A DNA stretch of 64,000 nt from Octopus vulgaris (GCA_951406725.2 OX597837.1:9052001-9116000); one strand, 5' to 3'. Positions 42,611 through 57,356 are shown, counted from the first letter of the stretch. The notes: generated by a model not told the origin, from the sequence alone. Numbers and translations are program-made.

Positions 42611-43485
42611 TGTATATATATTATCTTAATACACTGGTACAAACACGTAAAAATCTACATGTACAAAGTGTCTCTCTCTAAACGTCTGGGGGCAGTGAGT
42701 GCGTGCTAGTGTGTGTGTGCGCCTATATATATATATGTGCGCGTGTGTAGGCGCATGCGTGTGTGTAAATATATTTGTGTGAATATTGTCTACTGGAACT
42801 GATGTTGTGTACGAACACCGTTGTGTTACTTCGTTCCTTTTTGGCTACATTCCTTTACACGGCGGTTGCTTTTCACATTTGGTTATTTACCGATATCGTT
42901 AGTTACAAGAAAATTAAAATATATTGAGTACCAACCAACTTACAGGGTTTGATATGATCAACAAAATGAATTAGTGACAGCACTTCACAACAACCGCGAA
43001 CAGAAAGAACCGAAAGAAAAAAAATAATGAAAATATCGACAAAGGGACTTTACAAAAAGAAGATATGGCGCTCGTTAATTTTATATAACAATGTTATTGC
43101 TTTAGAAAGAGACAGTTAATTATATCTACAGTGAAACGTAAACACGGAACCTAATTATAGCCAGATGGAGTTGGCCTTTTTAGAGAAAATTAGTTTTTTT
43201 TTTTGTGGTTGACATACTTCAAGCAGGGAAATCGCTTGGCCTATTCGTAAAAGCTTTGTTATTTCGATGACAAGATTGTCATTTCGAATCTTGGACCAGG
43301 CGGTATTTTTTTTTTTTTTTTTTTTTTTTTTGCATAAAACATTTCATTTCAAAATGAGGCAGTTTATTCATCTGTAAACGAGTAATATTGCATTGGAATG
43401 GCATCAGATTCAGCAGGTATGTTTAGACCTAGGGCTTTTATACACCATCAAAATAGCGTAACCGCGACTATGAAATTTTAAACTC

Positions 43486-43524
43486 GAACCTGTTGAAGAC
43501 ACACGAGATGTCGAAATATCGTTC
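43486..43524 (+). ncRNA. Variant minimal hammerhead motif (A6U)
   Basis: GAAC-CUGUUGA-A-GACA cacgaga UGUC-GAA-AUAU-C-GUUC. A second internally deleted copy starts at about 43637 in a 151-bp direct repeat. Confidence 0.6.
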
Positions 43525-43696
43525 ACTAGATGACAATGGCACTCTTCTTTTAATTTTGAGTCTAAATCTTCGGGAGGAGTTTCCTCAATTCTTTATATAC
43601 TAACCAAAATGAAGAAGCTTCACAAAATTATTTTTTGAACCTGTTGAAGACACATAAGCTATCTAGATGACAATGCCACTCTTATTTTAATTTTGA

Positions 43697-43735
<39 letters not shown>

Positions 43736-43931
43736 CATTAATGTTGTTGTTGTTGTTGTTGTTGTTCTTCTTCTTCTTCTTCTTCTTCTTCTTCTTCTTC
43801 TTCTTCTTCTTGCTGCTTCTGTCGTTGCTGTTGTTGTTATATTTCGTTCTGAGTATTTCATCTTTACGTTCAAATCCGCCCAGGTCGACATTGACTTTCA
43901 TCCTTTCGGATGAGAGCATACTATACTACTA

Positions 43932-44011
<80 letters not shown>

Positions 44012-44164
44012 ACTGCTACTACTGCTGCTGCTGCTGTTGATGATGATGATGCTACTACAACTACTACTACTACAACTACTACTACTACTACTACTACTGC
44101 TACTACTACTACTACTACTACTATAACAACAATAGGTACTTAATTTATCGACCTCTCTACCTAG

Positions 44165-44525
44165 CTCCGATTTATTTTGTGATAGCGGACAACAACCTGT
44201 CATTAATGGTCCCACAGGGTATCTCAGGGTGTCTCGGGGCCTTTCAGGGCCTTTCAGAGTATCTTTCCACGAATTGCAAAACTTGGTACCCAGATGTTAA
44301 ATATGGTGGAAGATACTCAACGCCAAAAGAACCTATCTGAAAATCCTCGCCATTCCCCCCCAAAAAAGCAGTTTTTGAGCAATGCTCTAACCTCATGACA
44401 ATTCCAATTCTTCTGACATATTTCTCGAGCTCCGTTGTTAGGTGTTCCGCCAGCAGCCCAACATGTATTGAGATGACAGTCACTCTTTTCCGTGGCCCAC
44501 ATTCTTGGCATTTCCTCTCTGTTAC
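44165..44525 (-). mobile_element. Degenerate 3' fragment of R4/Dong-type LINE
   Basis: EEMPRMW / VISIHVGLL...LEKYVRRIGIVMRLEHCSKTAFLG is similar to the RLE C-terminus at 54580-54725. Confidence 0.65.
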
Positions 44526-44548
44526 ATGTTGTTATAATTGTTACTAAT

Positions 44549-44584
<36 letters not shown>

Positions 44585-44722
44585 GCAATCATCATCATGA
44601 TTATCATCATCCTCTCATCATCATCATCATCCCCCTCCTCCTCCTCCTCATCATCATCATCATTATCATAAACGTCAACATCATCATCATCATCACCAAC
44701 ATCATCATCATAATCATCACCG

Positions 44723-44756
<34 letters not shown>

Positions 44757-44975
44757 TATACTTCGAGTTTTTCCCTTCAGATTGTTTATTTATTTATTTA
44801 TTTATTCATTTTTTTTCTTCCGAAGCGTTCCAAAATGACATTCATTAAAGGATGTTGTGATCACGAAATCTCCAGGCTTCTTTCAGTCTTTATCTCCCCC
44901 ACCCCTCAGATTTATTAGCGAAGTGTCCTATATATATATGTTTTTTTTTTCACTCTTTGTCACAGTCGCAATACA

Positions 44976-45012
<37 letters not shown>

Positions 45013-45221
45013 TTATCTCTCTCTTTTTATTTCTCTCCCTTCCTCTCTCTCTCTCTCTTTCTCTCCCGCATTCTGCTCTCATTCTTCTTATCTTCTATCA
45101 AAATAATACTAGAAAGTTAGTAAAGGACTAAGGTACACACACACATGTATATATATATATATATATATATGTGTTCACATAATCATATACATAGTGAGAA
45201 TAAAACAGTTGAAGATCTGGT

Positions 45222-45258
<37 letters not shown>

Positions 45259-45289
45259 TAGATAGATAGATTGATAGATAGATAGATAT

Positions 45290-45350
<61 letters not shown>

Positions 45351-45351
45351 A

Positions 45352-45410
<59 letters not shown>

Positions 45411-45766
45411 TATATATATATGTGTGTGTGTGTATACATGCATATTAATATATACATACCTATTTATCCATTTATCTATATTTCAGTCTATCTACCTATA
45501 TATATTTGCATGTATGTATATATATGTATGTATGTTTGTAGATATGCATGTATCTATGTAGGTATGTATATGTGTATAAACAGCGTAAAAAAGCAGGAAA
45601 CAACCCAAAATGAATAAAAAACAAAACAGTCAGTACAGCAACTGTACGAGTAAAGTACATTGTGGAACAGATAAGTAGGTTTCTCAAATATATATATATA
45701 TATATATATAGGTTTTTGTGTATGTGTGTGTGTGATGGTGTGTGCGTTTGTATGTATGTATCGATG

Positions 45767-45812
<46 letters not shown>

Positions 45813-45891
45813 CAAATACATATATATTCATATACACACACATATCTGAGAGTGAGTGAAAGAGAGAAATATCAACACACGCACATATATA

Positions 45892-45936
<45 letters not shown>

Positions 45937-45988
45937 CTATATACATATATTTATATACATGCATATACATATATACACGTATATATGT

Positions 45989-46027
<39 letters not shown>

Positions 46028-46060
46028 TACATATATATAAATGCATCCACACATATACAA

Positions 46061-46095
<35 letters not shown>

Positions 46096-46857
46096 TGTAT
46101 GTATATATGGGCCTGTATGCTTATATCTTTGTGCGCATGTGCGCCAGCTAAATCCTACGCATTTCTCTCACAAGTTTCTTTATTTAGTGTGACTTTAGTA
46201 TTTCATTTTTTTCCCTTCTGTTTCACCATATTTCTTTCCTCGTATTATTTACATACACACACACACACAAGCATACTTTATGCACACGCGCATACATGCT
46301 GTTACTTGGTGCAATGATGGAAGTGTGATCGCGCATGCCCATTGTTCTCAATGACATTCGAAAAATATTTCGGTGCAGACTAGGAGAACAAAATAGACGA
46401 ACACAATCGTTAATAGTTGCAATGTTGGTAGTGGTGATGGCGATGCTGCTGCTGCTGATGATGATGTTAATTATGAAGATGATGGCAGTTATCATAAGGA
46501 TGATGACGATACACGATGACGATATTTACAATGGTGGCGGTGTAGGCACGGTTGGTGTAGGCTCTGGCAGTCTTGGCAATGGCGGTGTCGTGTATGCTGC
46601 TGCTACTGTCGCTATCTCTATTGCTGCTGCTGCTGTTGTTGTTGTTGTTGTTTTTGTTGTTAAGCAACAAGACGGGTAAGGGTGATTAGGTGGTGGTCTA
46701 GGGCTTAGGGGTGGGAGACCCCAGGCCTTCCAAAAAATAAACTCTGGTTATATTGTTGTTGTTGAGGGCTCTTCATTGACGCCCGACACCACTGGAGGGT
46801 GACCCTCGAAGTTGTTGGAAATGGAGGCCGGCTGCTGCTGCTACTTGGCCGGCTGCT

Positions 46858-46888
<31 letters not shown>

Positions 46889-47224
46889 ATGGTGATGATC
46901 AAGACTCTGATGCAGGAGATAATTGGTTTTTCTTCCTATATTTTCCATGATTTTTTTTTCTAACACTTAAATTAAAATCCTTGATGGTTTCGCAACCAAG
47001 TCAACACACACAAACCATCGTACGACATTTCAGCAAGGTTTTCTGAGATGATTTAGAAAAATAATTTTCGTTATCGAGAAACAATGAAATCATATGAAAT
47101 TCCTCTATGCGTGCCATCATTGTCCAGTTGATTGCCACTTTAACCTATTCTTCAACGGGCGCCTAACTCGCCAAAGAGGCTCGGCGTAATCTCTCAGTAT
47201 CCTAGGTGTAATATTTGATCCTTC

Positions 47225-47308
47225 TTATAGATGATTTCGATCTAGTTTGAATTCTTTGCGATCAAATTTGATAGCGAAGAATCCAAACTAGATCGAAAGC
47301 ATCTATAA
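47225..47308. repeat. 84-bp imperfect loopless palindrome
   Basis: ttatagatgatttcgatctagtttgaattctttgcgatcaaa|tttgatagcgaagaatccaaactagatcgaaagcatctataa, four non-Watson-Crick positions. Confidence 0.9.
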
Positions 47309-47329
47309 TAGAATATATATACATGTTTA

Positions 47330-47780
47330 GTTATTGAGTTGTCTTGAGTCTTGTTTCTAGCAATCCTGTGACTACCAAGTACCCTCTGTTAATTTAGTGA
47401 TGTCTTAAGATTTGCCTTTCGGGTGTTAAATTGCTAGTAAGCCACTCGTATTATTTCTAGTCTTTACTTTTACCGATTTTGAAATCGGCGTATGAGTTCA
47501 ATGGTTTTTGTATAAGCTGAGAAAGTAATTTTAGTTTACCCTGGTCGCACTAAGACCCACCGATGAGAAGATGCTTAGCTTCAAAATTCGAAATCACCGG
47601 TGATCCGGCTGTGTTCGATGGGGAGCGTATCTCACTTTGTCAGTCATTAAGATAGTGCCACTGTGGTTATTGGATTGTTTTGACTCTTATTTCTAGCAAT
47701 TCCTATACTACTTAGTAGACTCTGTCACTAAAGTGACGTATATATATAATGTTAAATTGCTAATAAGCCACCCGTATTAT
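47330..47780 (+). repeat. Diverged direct repeats of about 120 bp (about 335-bp period) enclosing a decayed hammerhead-like motif, probable Penelope pseudo-LTRs
   Basis: ttattg..ttgt.ttga.tctt.tttctagcaat...tgttaaattgcta.taagccac.cgtattat twice. CCGAUGA-GAA...UUC-GAAA at 47560-47593. Confidence 0.55.
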
Positions 47781-47940
47781 ATGTATACACACACACATAT
47801 ACACATATAAATATACGTAGGTGTCTTTAAACATACACACATATACACATATAAATATACGTAGGTGTCTTTAAACACACACACATATAAACATATAAAT
47901 ATATGTAGGTGTCTTTACACACGCACACATACACACATAG

Positions 47941-48558
47941 CATGCGATGGATAAATGATCGCCATTTTATATTTTTAATTTTGCGCATTCGCTCGAATGA
48001 TTGGTTTTTGATTTTGTCAGCTACACAGTATAGTAGGGTCAGTTGAGCACCTTCTGAGAGGAAAACAGCACCATGACGCAATTCACTCTGCCAGAAATTT
48101 GGAAACGACATGCTGTATTGCTTGGCATTCGCACTGGAAGCGAACATTTCTAAGTGTTTGGGTGTCAATCTGAGGACAGTGCAGAGAATGCAGAAAGAGT
48201 TGGATGAGTGTAATGGTAATAACGAAGGTATGTCAGTTCAGAAAAATTCACTCTGATCGTTCTGATAAGAAAAGAATTCCTGAATTTGTTGGTGAGGTCA
48301 AGACCATGATTGACAACGACACCTCCAAGTCAATCAGACCCATCGCCCGGGACACGGGAGTGTCTGAGTTTCTCATCAGGCAGGTAGTGCATGAAGACTT
48401 TCAGTATTCTTTATACAAGATGAGAAAGGGCCAGTTTTAATCCCAAGCCATCAAGAACGTGAGGAAAGACCGCGCTACGAAGCTTTGAGCAAACTCAAGC
48501 ACCCGCTTCACTCGAACATGGTTTGGTTTTTCGTAGAGAAACATTTCTGCCAGGATCA
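47941..48558 (+). mobile_element. Left end and N-terminal half of Tc1/mariner (maT-like) transposase pseudogene
   Basis: ATG 48073 MTQFTLPEIWKRHAVLLGIR; HTH-like MIDNDTSKSIRPIARDTGVSEFLIRQVVHED; ends KLKHPL...VWFF.EKHFCQD in the first catalytic motif region. Confidence 0.85.
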
Positions 48559-49333
48559 TTATATACGTGAAAAAATGTATGTATATATATATACATACAC
48601 ATATATTAATACACACATGTACAGTTATAAATATTTATCATTCGCAAGACATTGGTTAGTATGGGACTTTAGTCACCTATCCAAGTTGGCGCAGAGTGGG
48701 ACCGAACTCAAAACCATGTCGTTGCAAAGCCTGTATGTATAGTCAAACATGGAATGGACATGACTTGATCAAACAGAGACTGATGGTCAAGTATGGAATG
48801 GATTCTTCCCAAGCAGAGACGTTGTACAATATATTACGGGGAACAATACCAGCAATGCTGTAAAATGGAAGTTGAGTTACCTTTAAAGAAATTTTTCACA
48901 TCACATTTCTATGAGAAGATTCTATATAATATACAAAATATAAGTAAAGTTATTTAAGTATTAAGAATTCTTCGAGAAAGGATTAGAATTAGATAAATTT
49001 ATTTATAATCCGAAATTACTTGCGGATTAAAACAGAGAAATACATTTAAAAATGTTTGTTTTACTTTAAACAGTGGAAAACGTAAAAAGAAATAAAAGAA
49101 AAATTTGAAATAACAATTTATTTTAAAAAAAAAACGTTTTAGCCTATATCTACTTTGGTTCCTGAACTTTAAGTGTGCCTCTGTATTTGTGTACATCTAC
49201 GTGTTTATATATGTGGATATATCTATATCTATTTAGCTCTATCTCTCTCTTTCTTTGTATATATATATATATATATATAATACGTATGTATATGTATATA
49301 TGTATATATATGTGTATATATACATATATATAC

Positions 49334-49364
<31 letters not shown>

Positions 49365-49404
49365 CATATACATACATCCATATATATATATATAATATAT
49401 ATAT

Positions 49405-49440
<36 letters not shown>

Positions 49441-50120
49441 CACACAGATGTGTGTGAATGTGTGGGTCTGCGAACGCGTTTTCTTATGTAATTTTGTATA
49501 TGTTTGCATAAATATATGTAGATACAAATGTATTTCCATTTGCGTATCCGAATAATTATAATCAGGGTTATAAACGTCGTATGATTGTGTGCATGGGTGT
49601 ACAGTGCGTTTATGCATGCAAGTTTTATAACCATGAATACAATTATACAGATACAGAAACGGAAATATATTAGCATCTCCGTATATTTATGCGAACAAGT
49701 ATGAAATTACATACGAAAAGGCACGCGCAGCCCAAACATTCACACACACATCTATACATATTTATATATACTTACATATATACATACTTACGCACGTATG
49801 TATAAGTACATCAACAGACTGCAAGTAGTAAAATTTTGCTATAATGTAAAAGTAATATTATAAGTGGTGTATATCATTGCTTGGGTGTGTGTGGATGTAC
49901 ATGTGTACACATATGTTCTTTTATTCTCTTATTCTTTTATTTGCTTCGAACATACCATCACGATGTTAGTGTTGTTAGTTTCAGAGAGGCTTCATTTTTT
50001 TATAGGCGTAGGAGTGTTTATTCCCAATGTCTTTGTTGCAAAACGCCTGAAATTAAGACCCAGACAAGCGAGACTACTCACATTCAGCCACCTTTTGTTC
50101 CGGAGCTTAATGCCTATATA

Positions 50121-50160
<40 letters not shown>

Positions 50161-50165
<5 letters not shown>

Positions 50166-50232
50166 GTCTGTGCAACAAGTTGCTTGACCACATACCGATA
50201 TGTGGTCAAGCAACTTGTTGCAAAGACACTTA
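50161..50232. repeat. Hairpin with a 24-bp perfect stem (34 bp with two mismatches) and 4-nt loop
   Basis: tgcaacaagttgcttgaccacata-ccga-tatgtggtcaagcaacttgttgca. Confidence 0.95.
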
Positions 50233-50281
50233 TTGTTATAATTATATAAATTTTTACCGAATATGGTCCTTTTCCATACCG

Positions 50282-50374
<93 letters not shown>

Positions 50375-50653
50375 TATACAGATTTATGTATGTATGTGTG
50401 TCTGTATGTAGGTATGTATGTATGTATATGATTCACAATCAAGGTGCAGAAATGGCGTATCCCAAATGGACACGGCAATGAAATCCGATGTTTAGAAAGG
50501 ATTCCGCGAATTAGGTACTCCAAAGTCAGTTGGAAGGACAGGGATCTGTGTGAGCGTGAGGTAAATACTAAATCCCGAAAAAAATGTAAATCGTTGGCGA
50601 TTTTTTCCTCCGTCTTCCTTTTCTCTTGGACTTTCGCGATGATGTTCTCCAAA

Positions 50654-50686
50654 TTCTGAAGAAGAGATATCTGCTCGAAACGTAAA
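50654..50686 (+). ncRNA. Minimal hammerhead core with decayed stem I, in a Penelope-like terminal repeat relic
   Basis: UU-CUGAAGA-A-GAG auaucug CUC-GAA-ACGU-A-AA. Downstream ctttc...cctgagcgt resembles the context of the 33812 motif. Confidence 0.5.
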
Positions 50687-51491
50687 ACCGCCTTTCTTTC
50701 CTACCCTGAGCGTCTGCTAATTCTTTCCCTATAACACGTCCTCGCTTGTTTATAATAATATAAATGTAAATGGTGTCCCAAATAGAATTTCTCTTCATTT
50801 TGGGGGGAAGCACAAACGAAGACATAGATTGATACGCAAACACTCATCTATGAGTGCTTTGCAAATTAGAACTACATAAAAGTTCCATTCTGTAGAGATA
50901 CTATAAATTGGCGGACTTTTGTAACATGCCATGTTTCTCGAAGTAATCTAGGAGCCTCGGTGTATACTTTTAGCCCTATCTGAAAACGAGTGAGATTGTT
51001 TAAGTGGATACATGTAGAAACATGTGAAAGAACTCGAAGCAATTTCTATGCAAAGAATGGAAAGAGAAGAAAGAAAAGAAAATTAATAAGACCAAGATTT
51101 TCGTCCCTTTTGTCGTAATGAAATTAAATCGTAATTAATCTAGCAGGTGTAAAGTAATGTAACGTAAAGCAGGTCAAAGTCTGCCAAATATCTAATCAAT
51201 CTCAATGTGGTGGCAGTTGCTAAACATTTCAAATCTGAAACTGATTGTGTGTGTGTATAATTTACTTTTGTAAGGAGTAATTGTTTTAAAGCACATCAGA
51301 TACAGCTTTAAATTATAGCTTGTAAATATCCAAATGGTTTTTCAACACGATAATTACATTCTCAACATGCTATTTCGTATAGCACTATGTCGTGTACTTA
51401 GAGAACATTTGTTCCAGGCCAGAATTATTTCGCATTTATTCGGAAGATTATATAATTCATATGAGATCAAAAATACACACACATACACATA

Positions 51492-51571
<80 letters not shown>

Positions 51572-51573
51572 TG

Positions 51574-51641
<68 letters not shown>

Positions 51642-52681
51642 GTAAGTAATATGAGTATGTGTGTGTTGCGCAAGCTTGTGTATATGTGAGCGCATGTGTT
51701 TGTGTGTAGTAATCGCTTTAAGAATTGGGTTTCCCTTAAATATCATTCACAAGATTGGCAGTTATCTGCATATAAGAGAATTTCTGCCGTCGAAATCTGT
51801 TTAAAGAAGATCCCTGAGGTTTTACTTCTGTCTCTGAATATGAATATTGATAAGAGAACAGTTTAGTCACCATATTTATTCCATGGTGTACAAATGCTTA
51901 TATAGCATGCATGTGACCATACACACATCATCTCCGTACATATGGATGATCACGGCGAATTGGCCATGCGTATTATGTAAAGCATATTAAACAACAACAC
52001 CAGCAGTCACTTAATGATAAATGATAATAGAAATATGAAACGATGCTATATTTCTGAGATCGGTTATGATTAAAATATTACTGGTGTGCGATTACAGAAT
52101 ATGCAAGAGATAATGCGCATGATTAATCGTCCTAATTCGCCTCGTTGTGGACATGACGTGTCACATGAAAGTTATTGAAACAATTGTAAACAATGGAAGA
52201 AATGTTACGCCATGAAGCTACACACTTCAAATTTCACACACTCACGCACGCACACAGACACAGACACATATAAACACACGCAATCAGACAGACAGACGCA
52301 CACACGCGCGCACACACACACACGCACATACACACATATGTAAATGACAGAGAATCATTAATTGTTCCCTGAAAACAATTAGCTTACAGCTGTTTCTGTT
52401 ACAGGTACTGATATTTAAGTAACTGGTTATCACAGTTTATCTTCATCGACAATTCAAAATTGAAACACCTGAATTTACTTCCTACACATATATACATATA
52501 GTGTTGTGTCTGGGGAGAGTCATTTTCTTTTTTGTGCCTTATAATTTAACACACTCACCGATAAAATATCAACTTATTTCTTATTTTTATTTTCCTAAAA
52601 CTTCGTTACGTCTTGCAACCTTTCCAATAGTCTTCAACACACGAACTCACATAAAGAATCTTGCAAACCAAATCCAAGAAC

Positions 52682-52717
<36 letters not shown>

Positions 52718-53359
52718 CATACATACATGCATACATACATGCATACATACATGCATGCATGCATGCATACATACATGCATACATACATACAAACATACAT
52801 ACAAATATACATACATACGTACAAACATACATACATACAAACATACATACATACATACATACATGCATCCATACTTACATACATACATGCATCCATACTT
52901 ACATACATACATACATACATGCATGCATCCATCCATCCATCTATACATCCATCCATCCATACATACATACATACATGCATGCATGCATACATACATACAT
53001 ACATACATACATTCATACATACTCACATACACACATACATACATACATACATACATACATACATACTCACATACATACACACATACATACATACATACTC
53101 ACATACATACACAAATATATACATACTCACATACATACGTACATACATACATACATACATACAAACATACATACATACATACAAACATACATACATACAA
53201 ACATATATACATACATACATACGTACGTACATACATACATACATACATACATACATGCACCCATACTTACATACATACATACATGCATGCATCCATCCAT
53301 CCATCCATCCATCCATCCATACATACATACATACATACATACATACATACATACATACA

Positions 53360-53389
<30 letters not shown>

Positions 53390-53390
<1 letters not shown>

Positions 53391-53597
53391 GGGGGTTCCT
53401 AGCTTTAAGGGTATCACGACAGGACCGTCTTAGGGCCTAAAATGCAGAATTCTTTTACTGGGCTTAGAAAAGAACTAAAGGACTGCTGCAATAAGTGTGT
53501 GAATCTGACAGTGGAATACGTTGAATAGAATCATAAGTAACTGAACCTCTCCTAATTTCTCTTACCCAAAGACAGGAACCTTTCAACACACCCTGGT
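53390..53597 (+). mobile_element. Internally deleted mariner remnant
   Basis: KDCCNKCVNLTVEYVE* resembles the mariner C-terminus KC....GEYVE, followed by TIR-like ggaacctttcaacacaccctggt. Confidence 0.55.
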
Positions 53598-54076
53598 GCA
53601 TATATTTGTGTGTTCGTGTATGTATGTGCATGCGCGTATATTAGCATGTATGTGCGTGTCTGTGTGTGTGCGTGTGTGTGTATGTGAGTGTGTGTGAGTG
53701 TGTGTGTATGTGTTTGTGAGTGTGTGCGTAAATTGTTTGCCAAATAAAATTGCAATTCGTAGATGAAGCTCCGGCGGAACAATAAGTGATATACAAGCAC
53801 TACGTTATGAGTGAATGGCATCTTATAGCAAAAATAGCTGCCAGCTAATAAATTTCAGGAGACGACATATTCCCTTGTCATTCATTTCATTTCTTATCAT
53901 TGTTCTGTGCTTGACGCCTTTTCCCTGAGGCAGATGCTTATTGACACCCAGTCATTAGTATCGATATGCCTAAGCGAAATAATGATGATAATAATGATAA
54001 TGATGATGATGATGATGATGATGATAATAATAATAAAAATAATAATAATAGGAATAATAACAACAACAATAACAAC

Positions 54077-54112
<36 letters not shown>

Positions 54113-54142
<30 letters not shown>

Positions 54143-54270
54143 AAGAAGAAGAAGAAGAAGAAGGAGAAGAAGAAGAAGAAGAAGAAGAAGAAGAAGAAGA
54201 AGAAGAAGAAGAAGAAGAAGAAGAAGAAGAAGAAGAAGAAGAAGAAGAAGAAGAAGAAGAAGAAGAAGAA
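54113..54270. repeat. Long nearly pure (GAA)n tract
   Basis: About 52 units with one interruption. Confidence 0.95.
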
Positions 54271-54274
54271 TGGA

Positions 54275-54725
54275 ATTTTGAGAGACGCTACGACAATATA
54301 GCTAGTCTTGTCCATTGGACATTTTGCAACAAGCATGGTCTTGACAGTGCAAAAATTTGGCTCACCACAAACCTAAAGGCATCGTTCAAAATAGAAATGA
54401 AAAGATCCTATTGGACTTTATGATTCAGTGCGACCATGAGATAGAGAATAGGAAGCCGGGCAGAGTCTTAATTGAGAAGGAAAACAAACTATGCTGGATC
54501 ATAGATATAGCATGCTCAGCTAACAACAAGGTATGCGATAGGGAAGAAAGAAAAGTCGAGAGATATGACAGGTTAGCTTCGGAAGTTAAGCAGTTGTGGT
54601 CGATGAAAATGGTAGCAGTAGTACCAATAATTGTCGGAGCCCTGGTAACAGTGAGTAAAAATCTCGGGAAGTACGTGGAACAAATAGGGGCTGCAATAAA
54701 GGTGGAGCACTTGCAGAAAACCATA
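54275..54725 (+). mobile_element. R4/Dong-type LINE fragment, RLE (PD-D/E) endonuclease domain
   Basis: RYDNIASLVHWTFCNKHG then HKPKGIVQN...KILLDFMIQCDHEIENRKPG...CWIIDIAC...EERKVERYDRLA...VVPIIVGAL...LQKT. Confidence 0.9.
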
Positions 54726-54801
54726 AACGGTTTGGGAGACCGAACATGCCTTCAGTCGGTGTGTATGTTTTGGTTCAATGGGCGAAAAAAAACAACATAT
54801 A

Positions 54802-54868
<67 letters not shown>

Positions 54869-54869
<1 letters not shown>

Positions 54870-55160
54870 GATGCGTAATGGCCCAGTGGTTAGGGCAGCG
54901 GACTCGCGGTCGTAGGATCGCGGTTAACATTCCCAGACCGGGCATTGTCAGTGTTTATTGAGCAAAATCACCTAAAGCTCCACGAGGCTCCGGCAGGGGA
55001 TGGTGGCGATCCCTGCTGTACTCTTTCGCCGCAACTTTCTCTCATTCTTTCTTCCGTCGGCCTGCTCGCTTAGCCAGCGGAGTGGCGACATTTGAAGGCT
55101 AAAACAATGCGAAGCGCATTGTGACCAGCGATGTGTAGCAACATCTGATTGCCTAGTCGG
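54869..55160 (+). mobile_element. tRNA-derived SINE (family C)
   Basis: tggcccagtggttagggcagcggactcgcgg tRNA-like head, ending in short cacggtgat repeats. Confidence 0.85.
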
Positions 55161-55453
55161 TCACGGTGATCACGGTGATATATATATACATTGACACAAG
55201 TAAGTTATTGTACACACACAGTCACACGAGCGTAGACGTACATACGCACATACGTCTAGTAAACAAGCCAGTCTATTGGGATTAGAATGAATATTGGATG
55301 AATGGACCGAACTTTTCACAAGACCAATGTAGATTTTTATTACTGTATGGCTTCAGAAGTTTACGGATATTGGCAAACACGCACGCACATACACATGGCT
55401 TAGCATATTTAAATATTGTTAATATTGAGAGATATAATTAACTTCTATATATA

Positions 55454-55503
<50 letters not shown>

Positions 55504-55696
55504 TATAAACATATAAATTTGTGTGTGTACATATGTGTATGTACATGCATATATACATACGTTGCACACACACACATATATAGTCATACACACAAATTAT
55601 AGCATATTATTATAAATATTATCATAAGCACATATGCATAAAAGAATTTCCTACATACATGTACATGTGTATATGCATACATATACATATGTATGC

Positions 55697-55735
<39 letters not shown>

Positions 55736-55821
55736 CATATATATATATGTATATATATATGCATATATATATACATATATATATGTATGTATATATATAT
55801 ATATGCATATATATATATATT

Positions 55822-55865
<44 letters not shown>

Positions 55866-55889
55866 CGTATGTGTGTGTTTGTGTGTGTA

Positions 55890-55963
<74 letters not shown>

Positions 55964-56486
55964 TATCAGCATCAGTGCACGTATCATGGAAGATAAACAT
56001 AAAAACTGAAAAAACATGTTCAGGCGATTTGTAAAATCGATTTCATGCAAAACACGTGATGCTTCTCATTCTTCAATGTCTGTTGTATGGTTGTCATTCC
56101 ATCTTCTACTTCTCATCCTCTCCTTCCTATTGCTTCATCTTCCCGCCACCCCCCTCATCTTTACCATTCCAACCGCAAATCCTCCTCCATCTTTTCTTCT
56201 CCTTCTGTTCCATCCCCCTTATCCTCGTCGCTAATTTTCCCTTATCATTGCAACCATCACCTTCATCATCATTACTGTCGAAATTTTCCACCATTACCGA
56301 CACCACCATCATCGTCATCATCGACGTAGTCATCGTCGTCCTCATCATCATCTTCATTACCGTCATCATCATTATCATCATCATCATTATCATCATCATC
56401 ATCATCATCACCATCATAGTCACCATCATAGTCATCATCATCATCATCATCATTATAATATTCATTACCGTCATCATCATTATCAT

Positions 56487-56537
<51 letters not shown>

Positions 56538-56553
56538 TATCCTCATCCTCATC

Positions 56554-56620
<67 letters not shown>

Positions 56621-57356
56621 CGATCTCACTGAATCCATCGCTCTCACCTTTTTACATATATTCCTATATAGGTTTCCGTATTATTTTCCTATTTTGACCC
56701 CGAAGCGGGTTTTTTTTCTTTTCGGTTGTTTCTTTTTTCCTTTTTTGTAATTCCTCACTAATTTTTGTTCTTTCTGTTATTACTACAATTTGTATTGTTG
56801 TTCTTGTTGACGTTGTAGTTGTAAAATTGTTATTGATGGACTGGTTTTTTTCCTTTTTTTTAACTTTGTTGCTCTCTTTTCCCACCGCCTTTCCTCATTC
56901 TCTATTGTTTTGTTATTTTTTCTTCTCATTTTTCACTTTATCACGTTATATATGGTGTATCATTTCCTAATGAACTTCTCCGAGTTACAAAAACACACAA
57001 CTGGCGAGGAAAACACCTGACCCTTAAAGATGAAATATTATTATCCGTTTTATCCTTCTTACTCGTTCGTGTCTTCTTCTTCATCTTCATCTTCATCTTC
57101 TTCTTCTTTTTCTCCTCCTTCTTCTTCTACTACTACTTTTTCTTCTTCTTCTTCTACTACTATTTCTTCTTCTTCTTCTTCTTCTTCTTCTTCTTCTTCT
57201 TCTTCTTCTACTACTACCTCTACTTCTTCTTCTACAACTTCTTTTTCTTCTTCTTCTTCTACTACTTCTACTTCTTCTTCTACAATTTCTTTTTCTTCAT
57301 ATTCTTCTTCTACTTCTTTTTCTTCCTATTCTTCTTCTTCATATTTTTCTTCTTCG

